From NCBI GenBank assembly GCA_963663815.1, contig OY760734.1: a DNA stretch of 64,000 bases; one strand, written 5' to 3'. The notes below the pieces were generated by a model that did not search any database, was not told the DNA's origin, and saw nothing but the letters and a program-made list of their open reading frames with translations. A program made the position numbers and the translations under genes. Of the stretch, positions 16,884 through 25,435 are shown piece by piece. Each line of letters opens with the position of its first letter. Within the stretch, counting starts at the first letter, position 1. This stretch comes from Vicinamibacterales bacterium. Lineage in GTDB: Bacteria; Acidobacteriota; Vicinamibacteria; Vicinamibacterales; UBA8438.

Positions 16884-18229
16884 GACGCCACCGGGGCCTT
16901 CGACGACGCGGAGGACGCCGCTTCTTCGCCCATCCCGCCGGTGCGGGAGGAGAGACGGGACCCGTTCTCGTCGAGATCGAAGAGCCGCGTCACGGCCTCG
17001 GCGTACTGTGCGGCGGTCGCCGCGTCGCCGGCCGACTTGAGGCGCTCGGTCGGGGTCAGGAGCAGCTTCTGGACGAGGAGCCGCGTGGTCTCCTCGACCC
17101 GCGCCCGCGCCTCGGGGGCGAGCCGGCTCAGCTTCGGCTCGAGCCGCTCGAGCTCGGCCTGGCGGACCGCCTCGAACCGGCGGCGCAGCGCGACCACGGT
17201 GGGGATCGCCCCGCGCGACCGCAGCCAGGCGACGAACTCCGCCGCCGCGTCCGACACCATCGCCTCGGCCCGGGACGTCTGCTCCTGCCGCCGCGCCAGG
17301 TTCTCGCTGACGATGCTGCGCAGGTCGTCGATGTTGTAGAGGAACACCTGCTCCATGTCGCCGGAATCGGGGTCCACGTCGCGGGGCAGCCCGACGTCGA
17401 TCATGAAGAGCGGCCGGTTCCGGCGCGCGCGCATGGCGCGCTCGATTGCGGCCCGGGTCAGTATCGGCGTGGGGGCGCCGGTGGCCGTCACCACGACGTC
17501 CACCCGCAGCAGCTCGTCGTCGATGGCCGACCAGTCCACCGCGGCGCCGCCGACCTTGCCGGCGAGGTCCGTGGCCCGGGTCAGGGTCCGGCTGGTGACC
17601 GCGATTCGCCGCACCTGCTGCGACTGCAGGTGCACGGCGGTCAGCTCGGCCATCTCGCCGGCCCCCACCACCAGCACCGAGAGCCCCTTCATGTCGCCGA
17701 ATATCTTGCGGGCGAGCGAGACCGCGGCGTAGCTGACCGACACCGCCCCCTCGCCGAGGCCGGTGTCCGTCCGGACCCGCTTGCCGACCGCGAACGACCA
17801 GGAGAAGAGCTTGTTCAGCAGCGTGCCGGTGCACCGCTCGCTCGCCGCGGCGGCGTAGGCGTCCTTCACCTGGCCGAAGACCTGCGGCTCGCCGACCACC
17901 AGCGAGTCGAGGCCGGCCGCGACCCGGAACAGGTGCCGCGCGACGTCGCCGTCGGTGCGCGCATACAGGTGCGGGGTCAGCTCGGCCGCGGGAACGTCGT
18001 GAAACCGGCTCATGAAGCCCGCGAGGTCCTCGCGCGCGACCCCGGTGTCCTCGCAGGCCACGTAGATCTCGGACCGGTTGCAGGTCGTCAGCACCACCGA
18101 CTCGGTCGGCGACGGGCGCCGGGCCAGCTCCCGGAGGGCGGTGACGACGCCGCGCTTCGAGAAGTCGACCCGCTCGCGCAGGTCGACCGGCGCCGTGTGG
18201 TGGCTCAAGCCCAGCAGCAGCAGGTTCAT
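16880..18229 (-). CDS. hemA: Glutamyl-tRNA reductase
   Basis: 449 aa: LLGLSHHTAPV..RE, active-site TCNRSEIY, and NADPH-binding VVGAGEMAE. Confidence 0.93.
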   Translation of the reverse strand: MNLLLLGLSHHTAPVDLRERVDFSKRGVVTALRELARRPSPTESVVLTTCNRSEIYVACEDTGVAREDLAGFMSRFHDVPAAELTPHLYARTDGDVARHLFRVAAGLDSLVVGEPQVFGQVKDAYAAAASERCTGTLLNKLFSWSFAVGKRVRTDTGLGEGAVSVSYAAVSLARKIFGDMKGLSVLVVGAGEMAELTAVHLQSQQVRRIAVTSRTLTRATDLAGKVGGAAVDWSAIDDELLRVDVVVTATGAPTPILTRAAIERAMRARRNRPLFMIDVGLPRDVDPDSGDMEQVFLYNIDDLRSIVSENLARRQEQTSRAEAMVSDAAAEFVAWLRSRGAIPTVVALRRRFEAVRQAELERLEPKLSRLAPEARARVEETTRLLVQKLLLTPTERLKSAGDAATAAQYAEAVTRLFDLDENGSRLSSRTGGMGEEAASSASSKAPVAS

Positions 18230-18235
18230 GCCGAC

Positions 18236-19057
18236 TCAGAAATTGTGGCTCTCCGTCAGGAAGTACCCCACCGGCACCAGGTTGACGAGCACGATGGAGA
18301 ACCCCAGCGTCGACAGCCAGGCGTCGCGGCGGCCGCTCCATCCGATGACCCGGCGGGCGTAGAGCTCGAACGAGTAGACGGCCCAGCTCAGCACCACCAC
18401 GAAGATCTTCGGGTCGGAGAACGACATCGCGAGCACGCGCGGGTCCGACGTCTCGGGCTGGAGCCGCATGGTCCAGGCCACGCCCACGAGCAGCCCCGCG
18501 GTCAGGAACAGCCACCCGACGCCCACCGCGCGCCCGTTCATCGCGTCCACCACCTGCAGCGAGGGCAGCCGCGCCGCGAAGAACCCGGGATGCTTCGACT
18601 TCAGCTCGCGGAACAGCAGCACGTAGGTGATGCCGACGACGCAGGCCAGCGCGAAGGCGGCGTAGGCGAACAGCAGCGACAGCACATGGGCGGCGAGCAG
18701 GGGGCTGTCGAGAATCGGGGCCGGCTCGCTCACCGTCCCGCTCAGGGTCGAGATGGCCTGGAGCCCGACCAGCAGCGGGGCGATGAACACGCCGAGGGCG
18801 CGCTCGTCGGTGGTGACCTCGGTATAGAGGTAGGCGACGGCGAGCATCCACACGAACGCGGAGATCGCCGAGGCGGTGTCGACGAACGGCAGGTGGCCGA
18901 TCTCCACCGTGCGCATGCCGATGACGAACGTGTGGATGAAGGCGGCGGCCGACAGCGAGGCCGTCGCGAGCCGGCCCGCCCGGACGCTGCGCCGCACGAA
19001 GAACACGGCGTAGACGACGCCCGCGACGAGATACAGGAGCAGGGGGAGGAGGGTCAT
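18236..19057 (-). CDS. Cytochrome c assembly (CcsA/HemX-like) membrane protein
   Basis: 273-aa polytopic protein directly upstream of hemA, as hemX is in hemAXCDBL-type operons. Trp-rich segments (GVAWTM, VVLSWAVYS). Confidence 0.7.
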   Translation of the reverse strand: MTLLPLLLYLVAGVVYAVFFVRRSVRAGRLATASLSAAAFIHTFVIGMRTVEIGHLPFVDTASAISAFVWMLAVAYLYTEVTTDERALGVFIAPLLVGLQAISTLSGTVSEPAPILDSPLLAAHVLSLLFAYAAFALACVVGITYVLLFRELKSKHPGFFAARLPSLQVVDAMNGRAVGVGWLFLTAGLLVGVAWTMRLQPETSDPRVLAMSFSDPKIFVVVLSWAVYSFELYARRVIGWSGRRDAWLSTLGFSIVLVNLVPVGYFLTESHNF

Positions 19058-19183
19058 GGGTTCGTGAGGTTTCGGCTGAATGGGCCCCCTCGGCCGGAAT
19101 GCGGCAGGAGGGGCGACCCGGACACGGCCGCCCCCGGCGCCGCCCGCCCCGCCTCGGGCCGGGGGGCGGCGCCGCCCGCCGCG

Positions 19184-19271
19184 CTAGCCCGCCCATCGTC
19201 GCCTTCGGCTCCGCTGGGCGCCCAACCAACCCTGCCAGGAGTCTGCACCGTTCCACGGCGCAGACTCCTAG
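19184..19271 (-). repeat. Family-1 88-bp 'CTAG' repeat, copy 3
   Basis: Full copy. Its first CTAG (sense orientation) contains the TAG stop of the VWA gene (19270-19268). Confidence 0.9.
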
Positions 19272-20350
19272 TTCATGGTCGGCGCGTAGTAGCCCTGCTT
19301 CGTCCGCGCGGCGACGTTCGGCTCGTCGATGCGGACGACGAGCCGCCGCCACTGGCCGTCGCGCAACGGGTTCTTCGAGGTGTACCCGAGCGTGTACTGG
19401 CTGGACAGCTCGTCGGATATCTGCTGGTAGATTGCCGCGAGCTCGTCCACGCCCCGGGGGAAGAAGGCCCGGCCGCCGGTCTCCTGCGCGAGCTGGCGCA
19501 GCACGAAGTCGGCTTCGCGGAACCCGCGCCGCGTGCGGATGTCCCGCGAGCGCAACCCGATCGAGTAGATGACGGTGTCGGAACGCTTGGCCAGCTCGAG
19601 GACCTCGTCGAAGTCGACGAGGCTCGACGTGTCCTCGCCGTCCGAGAGCACGATGATGGCCTGGCGCCGGATGTCGCCGGTGGCCGTCGCCGCGATCTTG
19701 CCCAGCTCCTTGAGCGAGATGTAGATGGCGTTGTAGAGCGAGGTCGAGCCGCCGGCCGAGGTGCGCCGGATCGCCACCGCCAGATCGTCGAGCGAGTTGG
19801 TGAATCCCTGGCGGATGTCCACCCGGCTGTCGAAGTCGATGACGCTGGCCAGGTCCTCCGCCCGCAGCCGCTCCGCGAACCCGATGGCGGCCTGCTGCGC
19901 CGTCTCCATCTTCTCGGTCATGCTCGCGCTGGTGTCCATCAGCAGCGACAGCGCGATCGGCAGCTGGGTGCGCGAGAAGAAGGTGACGTCCTGCAGGGCG
20001 CCGTCCTCGTACACCTGGAACCGATCGACGTCGATGTCGGTGACGTACCGGCTGTTCCGGTCGGTCACGGTGACGTTGAGGGAGACGAGATCGACGCCGG
20101 CGCGGAACGCCGGCACCTGCGGCGCCGGCTCCTGGGCGCCCGGGGAGGCCGTCGCGGCGAGGCCGGCCAGGGCCGCCGCGGCCAGGCCGAGGCCGAGGCG
20201 CCGCCCGGCCGCGCCGCGGGTCCCCGGCGGCCGGCGGCGGGGGCCCCGGACTCCGGAATCGTCGCGGCCGCTCCCGGCCGCGCGGGAGCAGGGGGCCGCG
20301 GGGTCGCAGCGGCGGGAGGCGCCGATCGACAGTCTCGGCTCGGTCGTCAT
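19268..20350 (-). CDS. Secreted VWA-domain protein (acidobacterial VWFA-related type)
   Basis: 360 aa with a hydrophobic leader ([23 protein letters not shown]), the F..GV.LV.L.V.V.D motif, the MIDAS motif DTSASM, and the C-terminal Y.LGY block. From memory it resembles the 'VWFA-related acidobacterial domain' family. Confidence 0.8.
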   Translation of the reverse strand: MTTEPRLSIGASRRCDPAAPCSRAAGSGRDDSGVRGPRRRPPGTRGAAGRRLGLGLAAAALAGLAATASPGAQEPAPQVPAFRAGVDLVSLNVTVTDRNSRYVTDIDVDRFQVYEDGALQDVTFFSRTQLPIALSLLMDTSASMTEKMETAQQAAIGFAERLRAEDLASVIDFDSRVDIRQGFTNSLDDLAVAIRRTSAGGSTSLYNAIYISLKELGKIAATATGDIRRQAIIVLSDGEDTSSLVDFDEVLELAKRSDTVIYSIGLRSRDIRTRRGFREADFVLRQLAQETGGRAFFPRGVDELAAIYQQISDELSSQYTLGYTSKNPLRDGQWRRLVVRIDEPNVAARTKQGYYAPTMN

Positions 20351-21312
20351 GGGCTGTCCTCTCCCGGCCGTCTGACCGGTGTTCCACGGGCGGCGAGATC
20401 CGCCCTCCGCATCCGCACCGAGATCGTCTCGGGCGGGATCAGGCTGGGCGGGCGCGAGTACACGACGCGGTACTGGTTCGTCATCACCTCGGCCAGGGCG
20501 CCCATCCTGTCGGGCAGCGCCGTACTGAGCAGCAGGTCGTAGCGCTGACCGCCGGTCGCCTCGGGCAGCTGCGCCAGGGCCCGGTCGCGCTGGAGGATCT
20601 CGTTGGAGAAGCTGAACGGGTCCCCGCGCAGCGCGGTGTTGCCGCGCTGCTGCACCACGAGCACGTGGGTCGCGACCCCGGAAGCCTGAAGCGCGTCGCG
20701 GGTCCGCCGATAGTCGTAGCGGCTGAAGTCGAGGCCTTCCGAGGCCACCACGACCACCGCCGGCCGGGGGGCCTCGCGCCGTTCGAACCCCCGGGCGGTC
20801 TCCATCAGGGCGTCGAGGAGATAGGCGGCGCTCTCCGGAAACGAGAAGACGAGGCCGATGCCGTCACGGAGCCGGTCGAGGCGGCGGGTCGACTCGACGA
20901 GGACGCGGGGCGGCCCGCCGTAGCTGATGAGGGCGACGTCGTTGTCTTCGGCCAGAACCGGGACCAGCCGTTCCAGGCCGTTGCGGATGTCGCGGATGGC
21001 GAACCCCGCCGCCGCGCTGGTGTCCACGAGCACCGCTACCTGCATCGGGCTCCGGGCCGGCCCGGCCCGGAGGACCTCGCGCTCGACGCCGTCCTCCTCC
21101 ACCGCGAACTCGTCGGCAGCGAGGCCCGGGACGGGCGCGCCGTCCTCGTCGAGCACGCTCACGAACAGGGACCGCTCGTTGTCCTGTCCGCGGAGCGGGG
21201 CCGCCAGCAGCCCGAGCAGGCAGGCGGAGGCCGCGAGCAGCGCCGGGAGCCCCGGGCGATCGAATCGGAGCGGTCTGCGGGGGGCCGCTCGCCCGGACGC
21301 TCGTCGATGCAT
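20347..21312 (-). CDS. Secreted VWA-like protein, paralog-type partner of the downstream gene
   Basis: ATG 21312 behind GGAGGA. Leader LPALLAASACLLGLLAAPLRGQ, then the same F.V.EDG..R.V.....P architecture. The MIDAS site is degenerate (DTSAAAG). Overlaps the next gene by 4 bp. Confidence 0.7.
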   Translation of the reverse strand: MHRRASGRAAPRRPLRFDRPGLPALLAASACLLGLLAAPLRGQDNERSLFVSVLDEDGAPVPGLAADEFAVEEDGVEREVLRAGPARSPMQVAVLVDTSAAAGFAIRDIRNGLERLVPVLAEDNDVALISYGGPPRVLVESTRRLDRLRDGIGLVFSFPESAAYLLDALMETARGFERREAPRPAVVVVASEGLDFSRYDYRRTRDALQASGVATHVLVVQQRGNTALRGDPFSFSNEILQRDRALAQLPEATGGQRYDLLLSTALPDRMGALAEVMTNQYRVVYSRPPSLIPPETISVRMRRADLAARGTPVRRPGEDSP

Positions 21313-21465
21313 GTGCACAGTCCTCCACGGTGAGTCGACAACCCGAAGTATAGCCCGGTTTCGGCCGGGGCGGGTGCGACCCGCCCGTCGGTCCCGGCCA
21401 GCCTCGCCCCCGGGGCCCCGAGGTCTCCGCCGGCCGCCGGCCGCCCGTGTCGCGGCCCGGGATTC

Positions 21466-23910
21466 CGTGCTTTCCAATCCTGAAATGAGCCTGAAGCGGC
21501 GGCACGTGAACCGAGGTGACGGCGGCCGAATCAGCGGACCGAAACAGGGGTCCTGGCGCGGGCTGCGGTGAGCCGGCGCACACTGACCGACATTATCCGT
21601 CATGGGCGGGGCCGAGGTCCTCCGGTTCCTGGCCAGCACGTCAATCCTGCTTGGGCGGAGGGGTTAGGCGCCCGGGGTGCCCGCCGGGGGTCCGCCGTCG
21701 TCCGCCACCGCCGACTCCACCCCGAGGCGGCGGTTCGGGTCGGCGACCGGCGGTCGGCTCGTCCCGTGGCCGGCCTTGATGCGTCTGTGGCCCGTGGTCG
21801 GTCACCGGTGCCGTGGTTCCGGCGGCCGCCCCGCCTGACCAGCCCGACCTCCAGGTCGGCACGCCGACCGAAGGGCGGCGTGCTGCGGCAGCGAGAGCGG
21901 CGGTTCCGGTCCGGCGCGGCGTTCGGAGCGGGGCGGGTCCAAAACGGAGCGGGTCCGAACCGGGGAGCCCGAAGCCCTGGGTAGATTCGACAGCCTCCAG
22001 GCCTTCCGCCGCTTTCCGGTAACGCGCCTGCCGCTCCGCGTTCGTCAACGCCACGACCAACTCCACACCGTTACGTAACGGACCGGTGACAGGCGGCTCG
22101 GCGCCCGGACGTCACGGCTGTCGAGCGACGGCGGACTCGGGGCAACAGCGGACCGGGAGCACGGGGCCTCCGAACGGGTCTCCCGCGGCGCCGGGGGGGG
22201 GCGCGTGTCCTGCCACGGCGTCTCGTGGACGGCCGGGACGTCCCGTCCAGGCCGGGCCGCAAGGCCCATATCTGCAATCCGAGTTGCGGGACGGCCGGTG
22301 TGTCACCCGCAGGGCCGTAGCGCAGCGGAGGACGCGCGGAGCGCGTTGACACGCTGGCCGGCCCGCAGCTACGCGGTTCGAACGGGGAGCACAAACCCGG
22401 CGGCGGCATCCGGGGCTGCCTCTTGCCGGCGACCGGTGCGGGCAGCCGGCGACACGCCAGCCACCCGGCGCTGCCTCCATCCCCTCCCCCCCCCGTCCGC
22501 CGGTGCGGCGACTCATGGGCCGGGCGTCGGCGACACCGAGCTGCGGGTCGACGCCGCCCGTCGCCGCGGGTATTTCAGGCGGCGGGGTCGATGGCGGCGA
22601 ACAGGCGGTCGCGGGCCTGGTTGAGGGCGCGTGCCGCGTCGTTGTCGCTCATGGCGGCGGCGACGGCGTCGAGCTCGTCGAAGGAGGTCCCCGGCTTGAG
22701 GCAGTCGGCGGCGTCGGGCAACGACTTGAGCTTCTCGTAGGGGGTCATGACGTTGGCGTGGGGGTAGCGCTTGCGGACGCGGCCCTTGGCGTCGACGACT
22801 TCGACGGGGAAGAGACAGGGGCGGTGGAAGTTCAGGTAGGGGGAGAGGACCCGCTGGGTGAAGGCGTTGACGCGTTCCGCGTAGCGGCTGGGGATGTGGC
22901 CGTATCCGAGGTGCTTGCGGATGACCGAGCCGTTCTTGCTCTCGACGAGGGCGTTGTCGTTGCTGCGTCGGGGGCGGGATTTGGTGAACTCGTCGACGTG
23001 GAGGGCCTGCAGCAGGGCGGCGACCTTGCGGTTGATGAACTCGGTACCGTTGTCGGCGTGGAATCCGCGGACGATGAAGGGGAACGCCCGGAGCAGCGCT
23101 TCGAGGACGGGGGCGAGGCAGGGCGTCTCGATGCGCTCGAGGGAGCCGACGAACTGGAACTGGCTGACCTCGTCGACGAGGTTGAGGTGGTAGAGGCCCT
23201 TGATGCCGTCGAGGTCGCCTTGGTGGACGGTATCGACCCGCAGGTAGCCGGGTTGCCCGTCGGGCCGGGGCCGGCGGCGCTCGCCGATGGCGATGTGCAC
23301 GGCGCGGGTCGGCGCGGGCATCGTCCCGCGGCGGCGCTGATAGCTGGTCGAGTGGCGCAGGTTGTAGAGATGTCCGTTGGAGATGGCGGCGAGGCGCTCG
23401 AAGCGGTGGTCCCCGAACACGTGCAGGGCCCGGATGCAGAGCTGGCGGGTGGCGGGCCCGGAGAGGGTGCCGTGGAGGGCGTCGACTTCGGCGAGCAGCC
23501 CGATGTCGGCCTTGGTGTAGCGGCGGGGGAAGGGGCGCCGGGGGCCGCGGCGGTCGGCGATGGCGCCCGTGGCCCGGTGCTGGCGCAGCAGGCGGGTGAC
23601 CTGCGCTCGCGAGAGGCCGGCCACCCTGACCAGGAACCGGCGGAGCAGGCCCTTGTCGGCCTTCCCCCGGCCGGGGTAGTCGAACCGTTCCAGGGTCTCG
23701 GCCACGAACGCGTAGGCCTCGGCCCGGGTCTGCGGCCGCAGGTCGAGCGGTCGGCTGTCGGCCAGGAACTCCCGAATCTGGTCCAGGGTCTGCAGGCGCT
23801 GGGTGTCGAGTCTCACGATCATCCTCCGATGATCCGGGACCCGGCCCCTTCAGGCTCATTTCACGTTGGAATCAATCCTCCCTTCAGGCTCACTTCTGGT
23901 TGGACAAGGC
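21466..23910 (-). mobile_element. IS-like element: DDE (rve) transposase plus ~1.1 kb ORF-less segment
   Basis: The left end TGCTTTCCAATCCTGAAATGAGCCTGAAG (21468-21496) is inverted relative to two direct copies at the right end (23848-23874 and 23882-23906). GGATTC occurs at 21460-21465 and 23911-23916 as a possible target duplication. The exact termini are uncertain. Confidence 0.65.
22575..23822 (-). CDS. Integrase-type DDE transposase (rve catalytic core)
   Basis: 415 aa with an N-terminal HTH-like part. Catalytic context LRVDTVHQGD, GFHADNGTEFIN, RPRRSNDNALVESKNG and NFHRPC. I recall similar proteins being filed under ISNCY-like families, with low confidence. GTG 23816 is an alternative start. 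Confidence 0.85.
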   Translation of the reverse strand: MIVRLDTQRLQTLDQIREFLADSRPLDLRPQTRAEAYAFVAETLERFDYPGRGKADKGLLRRFLVRVAGLSRAQVTRLLRQHRATGAIADRRGPRRPFPRRYTKADIGLLAEVDALHGTLSGPATRQLCIRALHVFGDHRFERLAAISNGHLYNLRHSTSYQRRRGTMPAPTRAVHIAIGERRRPRPDGQPGYLRVDTVHQGDLDGIKGLYHLNLVDEVSQFQFVGSLERIETPCLAPVLEALLRAFPFIVRGFHADNGTEFINRKVAALLQALHVDEFTKSRPRRSNDNALVESKNGSVIRKHLGYGHIPSRYAERVNAFTQRVLSPYLNFHRPCLFPVEVVDAKGRVRKRYPHANVMTPYEKLKSLPDAADCLKPGTSFDELDAVAAAMSDNDAARALNQARDRLFAAIDPAA

Positions 23911-23916
23911 GGATTC

Positions 23917-23946
23917 TTGACACCCCGGCGGCCGCAATGCTATAAG
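23917..23946 (+). promoter_or_regulatory. Candidate sigma70-type promoter of the nuo cluster
   Basis: TTGACA (23917-23922), an 18-nt spacer, then TATAAG (23941-23946), about 120 nt upstream of nuoA. Such AT-rich consensus hexamers stand out in this GC-rich DNA. Confidence 0.45.
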
Positions 23947-24064
23947 TTTCCGGCTTTCCGCGACCGACCCTGCCGCATCGAAGCTCTCCGGGTAGACATG
24001 GCTTGCGCATGCGGGGGGTGTCGGTTCATCCGGTCGTCAACGGACTGTGCACGGGGTTGATCCC

Positions 24065-24421
24065 ATGATCGAGGCGTACGTTCCGATCCTGTTGTTCATA
24101 CTGGTCGCGATCGGCTTCGCCATCTTCACGTTGATCGTCTCGTCGCTGATCCAGTCGTCGCGCTACAACAAGGTGAAGCTCGAGCCCTACGAGTGCGGCA
24201 TCGAGCCGGCCACCGACGCGCGCGACCGCTACAGCGTCCGCTACTACCTGATCGCGATGCTGTTCGTGATCTTCGACATCGAGACCGTGTTCATGTTCCC
24301 GTGGGCCGTCATCATGGACGAGCTCGCCCTGTTCGGGCTCATCGAGATGCTCGTCTTCCTGTTCATCCTGGTGCTGGGCTACGTGTACGCGTGGCGCAAG
24401 GGCGCGCTGGAATGGGCGTGA
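24065..24421 (+). CDS. nuoA: NADH-quinone oxidoreductase subunit A
   Basis: MIEAYVPILLF... with 3 TM segments and the YECG.EP motif. ATG 24065 is preferred over GTG 24047. Confidence 0.88.
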   Translation: MIEAYVPILLFILVAIGFAIFTLIVSSLIQSSRYNKVKLEPYECGIEPATDARDRYSVRYYLIAMLFVIFDIETVFMFPWAVIMDELALFGLIEMLVFLFILVLGYVYAWRKGALEWA

Positions 24422-24576
24422 GGCGCCGTCCGGACGCTCGGGGGCGGACGGCCCGCGCGGCGGGGCCCGACGGGGGCAGGCCGGGCGGCTAGTGCGGCCG
24501 CGGGCGCAGATTTTCCGGGCTGGTAGAGCCGTTCCGCAACTCCGGTTCGCGGGGCGAAGCGGAGTTTCACTGGACC

Positions 24577-25428
24577 ATGGCAGACGCACCGAAATCGGGT
24601 GAACCGGCGGCCGGGCCGCCGAGCGCGCCGGCAGAGACGGACGGCGCATCGAGCCCCGGCGCGGAGCCGAAGTCGGGCTCGGCCGGCGGCGCCTCCTCCG
24701 GGCCGGCTGCCGCTCCGAAGCCGGCTGCTGCCAAGAAGCCGGCCGGGAAGCCGGCCGCCGCCGGGAAGGCGGCTGCAACCACCGCGAAGCCGGCCGCCGC
24801 CGGGAAGCCCGCGGCCGCCGCCAAGCCGAGGCCCAAGCCGAAGCCGAAGGCGCCGCCCGAAGCGCCCAAGGGTCCGGTCGATCCGCCGCCGCCCGACGAC
24901 CTCGCGAAGCCGGCGTTCCTCACCGCCCTCGAGGCGGCCCTGCCCGGCCGCATCGAGCAGCTCTCGTACTGGGTCGGCGACTGGACGGTCATCATCGCGG
25001 CCGGGGCCCTGCCCGAGGTCGCCGCCTTCCTGAAGGACTCCGACGAGGGGTCGTTCGACTACTGCGCCGACCTCACCGCCACCGACTGGCCGCCCCGCGA
25101 GAAGCGTTTCGATGTAGTGTATTGCCTGTATTCGACCCGGCGCCGGCAGCGCGTCCGGGTCAAGGTGCGGGCCGCCGGCGGCGAGCCCGTGCCCTCGGTG
25201 ACGGGCGTGTGGCCGGCCGCGAACTGGCTGGAGCGCGAGGTGTGGGACATGTTCGGGATCGACTTCACCGGACATCCCGATCTGCGCAGGATCCTCATGC
25301 CGCAGGAATGGCAGGGGCACCCGCAGCGCAAGGACTATCCGCTCGAGGGCCCGGGCGAGTTCCTGCTCGAGAGCCCGATGGAGTGGCTGCGGCTGCGCAA
25401 CGCCCGGGACGAAGCCGAGATCGAGTAA
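24577..25428 (+). CDS. nuoC: NADH-quinone oxidoreductase subunit C with ~105-aa Ala/Pro/Lys-rich N-terminal extension
   Basis: The C-terminal ~175 aa form the 30-kDa subunit core ([10 protein letters not shown]...[44 protein letters not shown]). The N-terminus is a low-complexity KPAAA-type sequence. Confidence 0.85.
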   Translation: MADAPKSGEPAAGPPSAPAETDGASSPGAEPKSGSAGGASSGPAAAPKPAAAKKPAGKPAAAGKAAATTAKPAAAGKPAAAAKPRPKPKPKAPPEAPKGPVDPPPPDDLAKPAFLTALEAALPGRIEQLSYWVGDWTVIIAAGALPEVAAFLKDSDEGSFDYCADLTATDWPPREKRFDVVYCLYSTRRRQRVRVKVRAAGGEPVPSVTGVWPAANWLEREVWDMFGIDFTGHPDLRRILMPQEWQGHPQRKDYPLEGPGEFLLESPMEWLRLRNARDEAEIE

Positions 25429-25435
25429 TCGAACC

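Noticed and set aside
15894-20387. A 1497-aa ORF on the minus strand.
   Set aside because: Same artefact. Only the C-terminal 329 aa (HemC) are real. Upstream it overlaps hemA, the ccsA-like gene and the VWA gene out of frame.
21641-22066. A 141-aa minus-strand ORF as the passenger gene of the IS-like element.
   Set aside because: Only the first ~30 residues look protein-like. The remainder is Pro/Gly/Arg-rich and has no codon-bias support. It is mentioned in the finding but not called as a CDS.
24422-24576. A hidden or decayed nuoB between nuoA and nuoC.
   Set aside because: The gap is 155 bp with no ORF and no recognisable NuoB motif (CC..E...P.YD..RFG) in any frame. It contains only a GC hairpin (GCCGTCCG..CGGACGGC).
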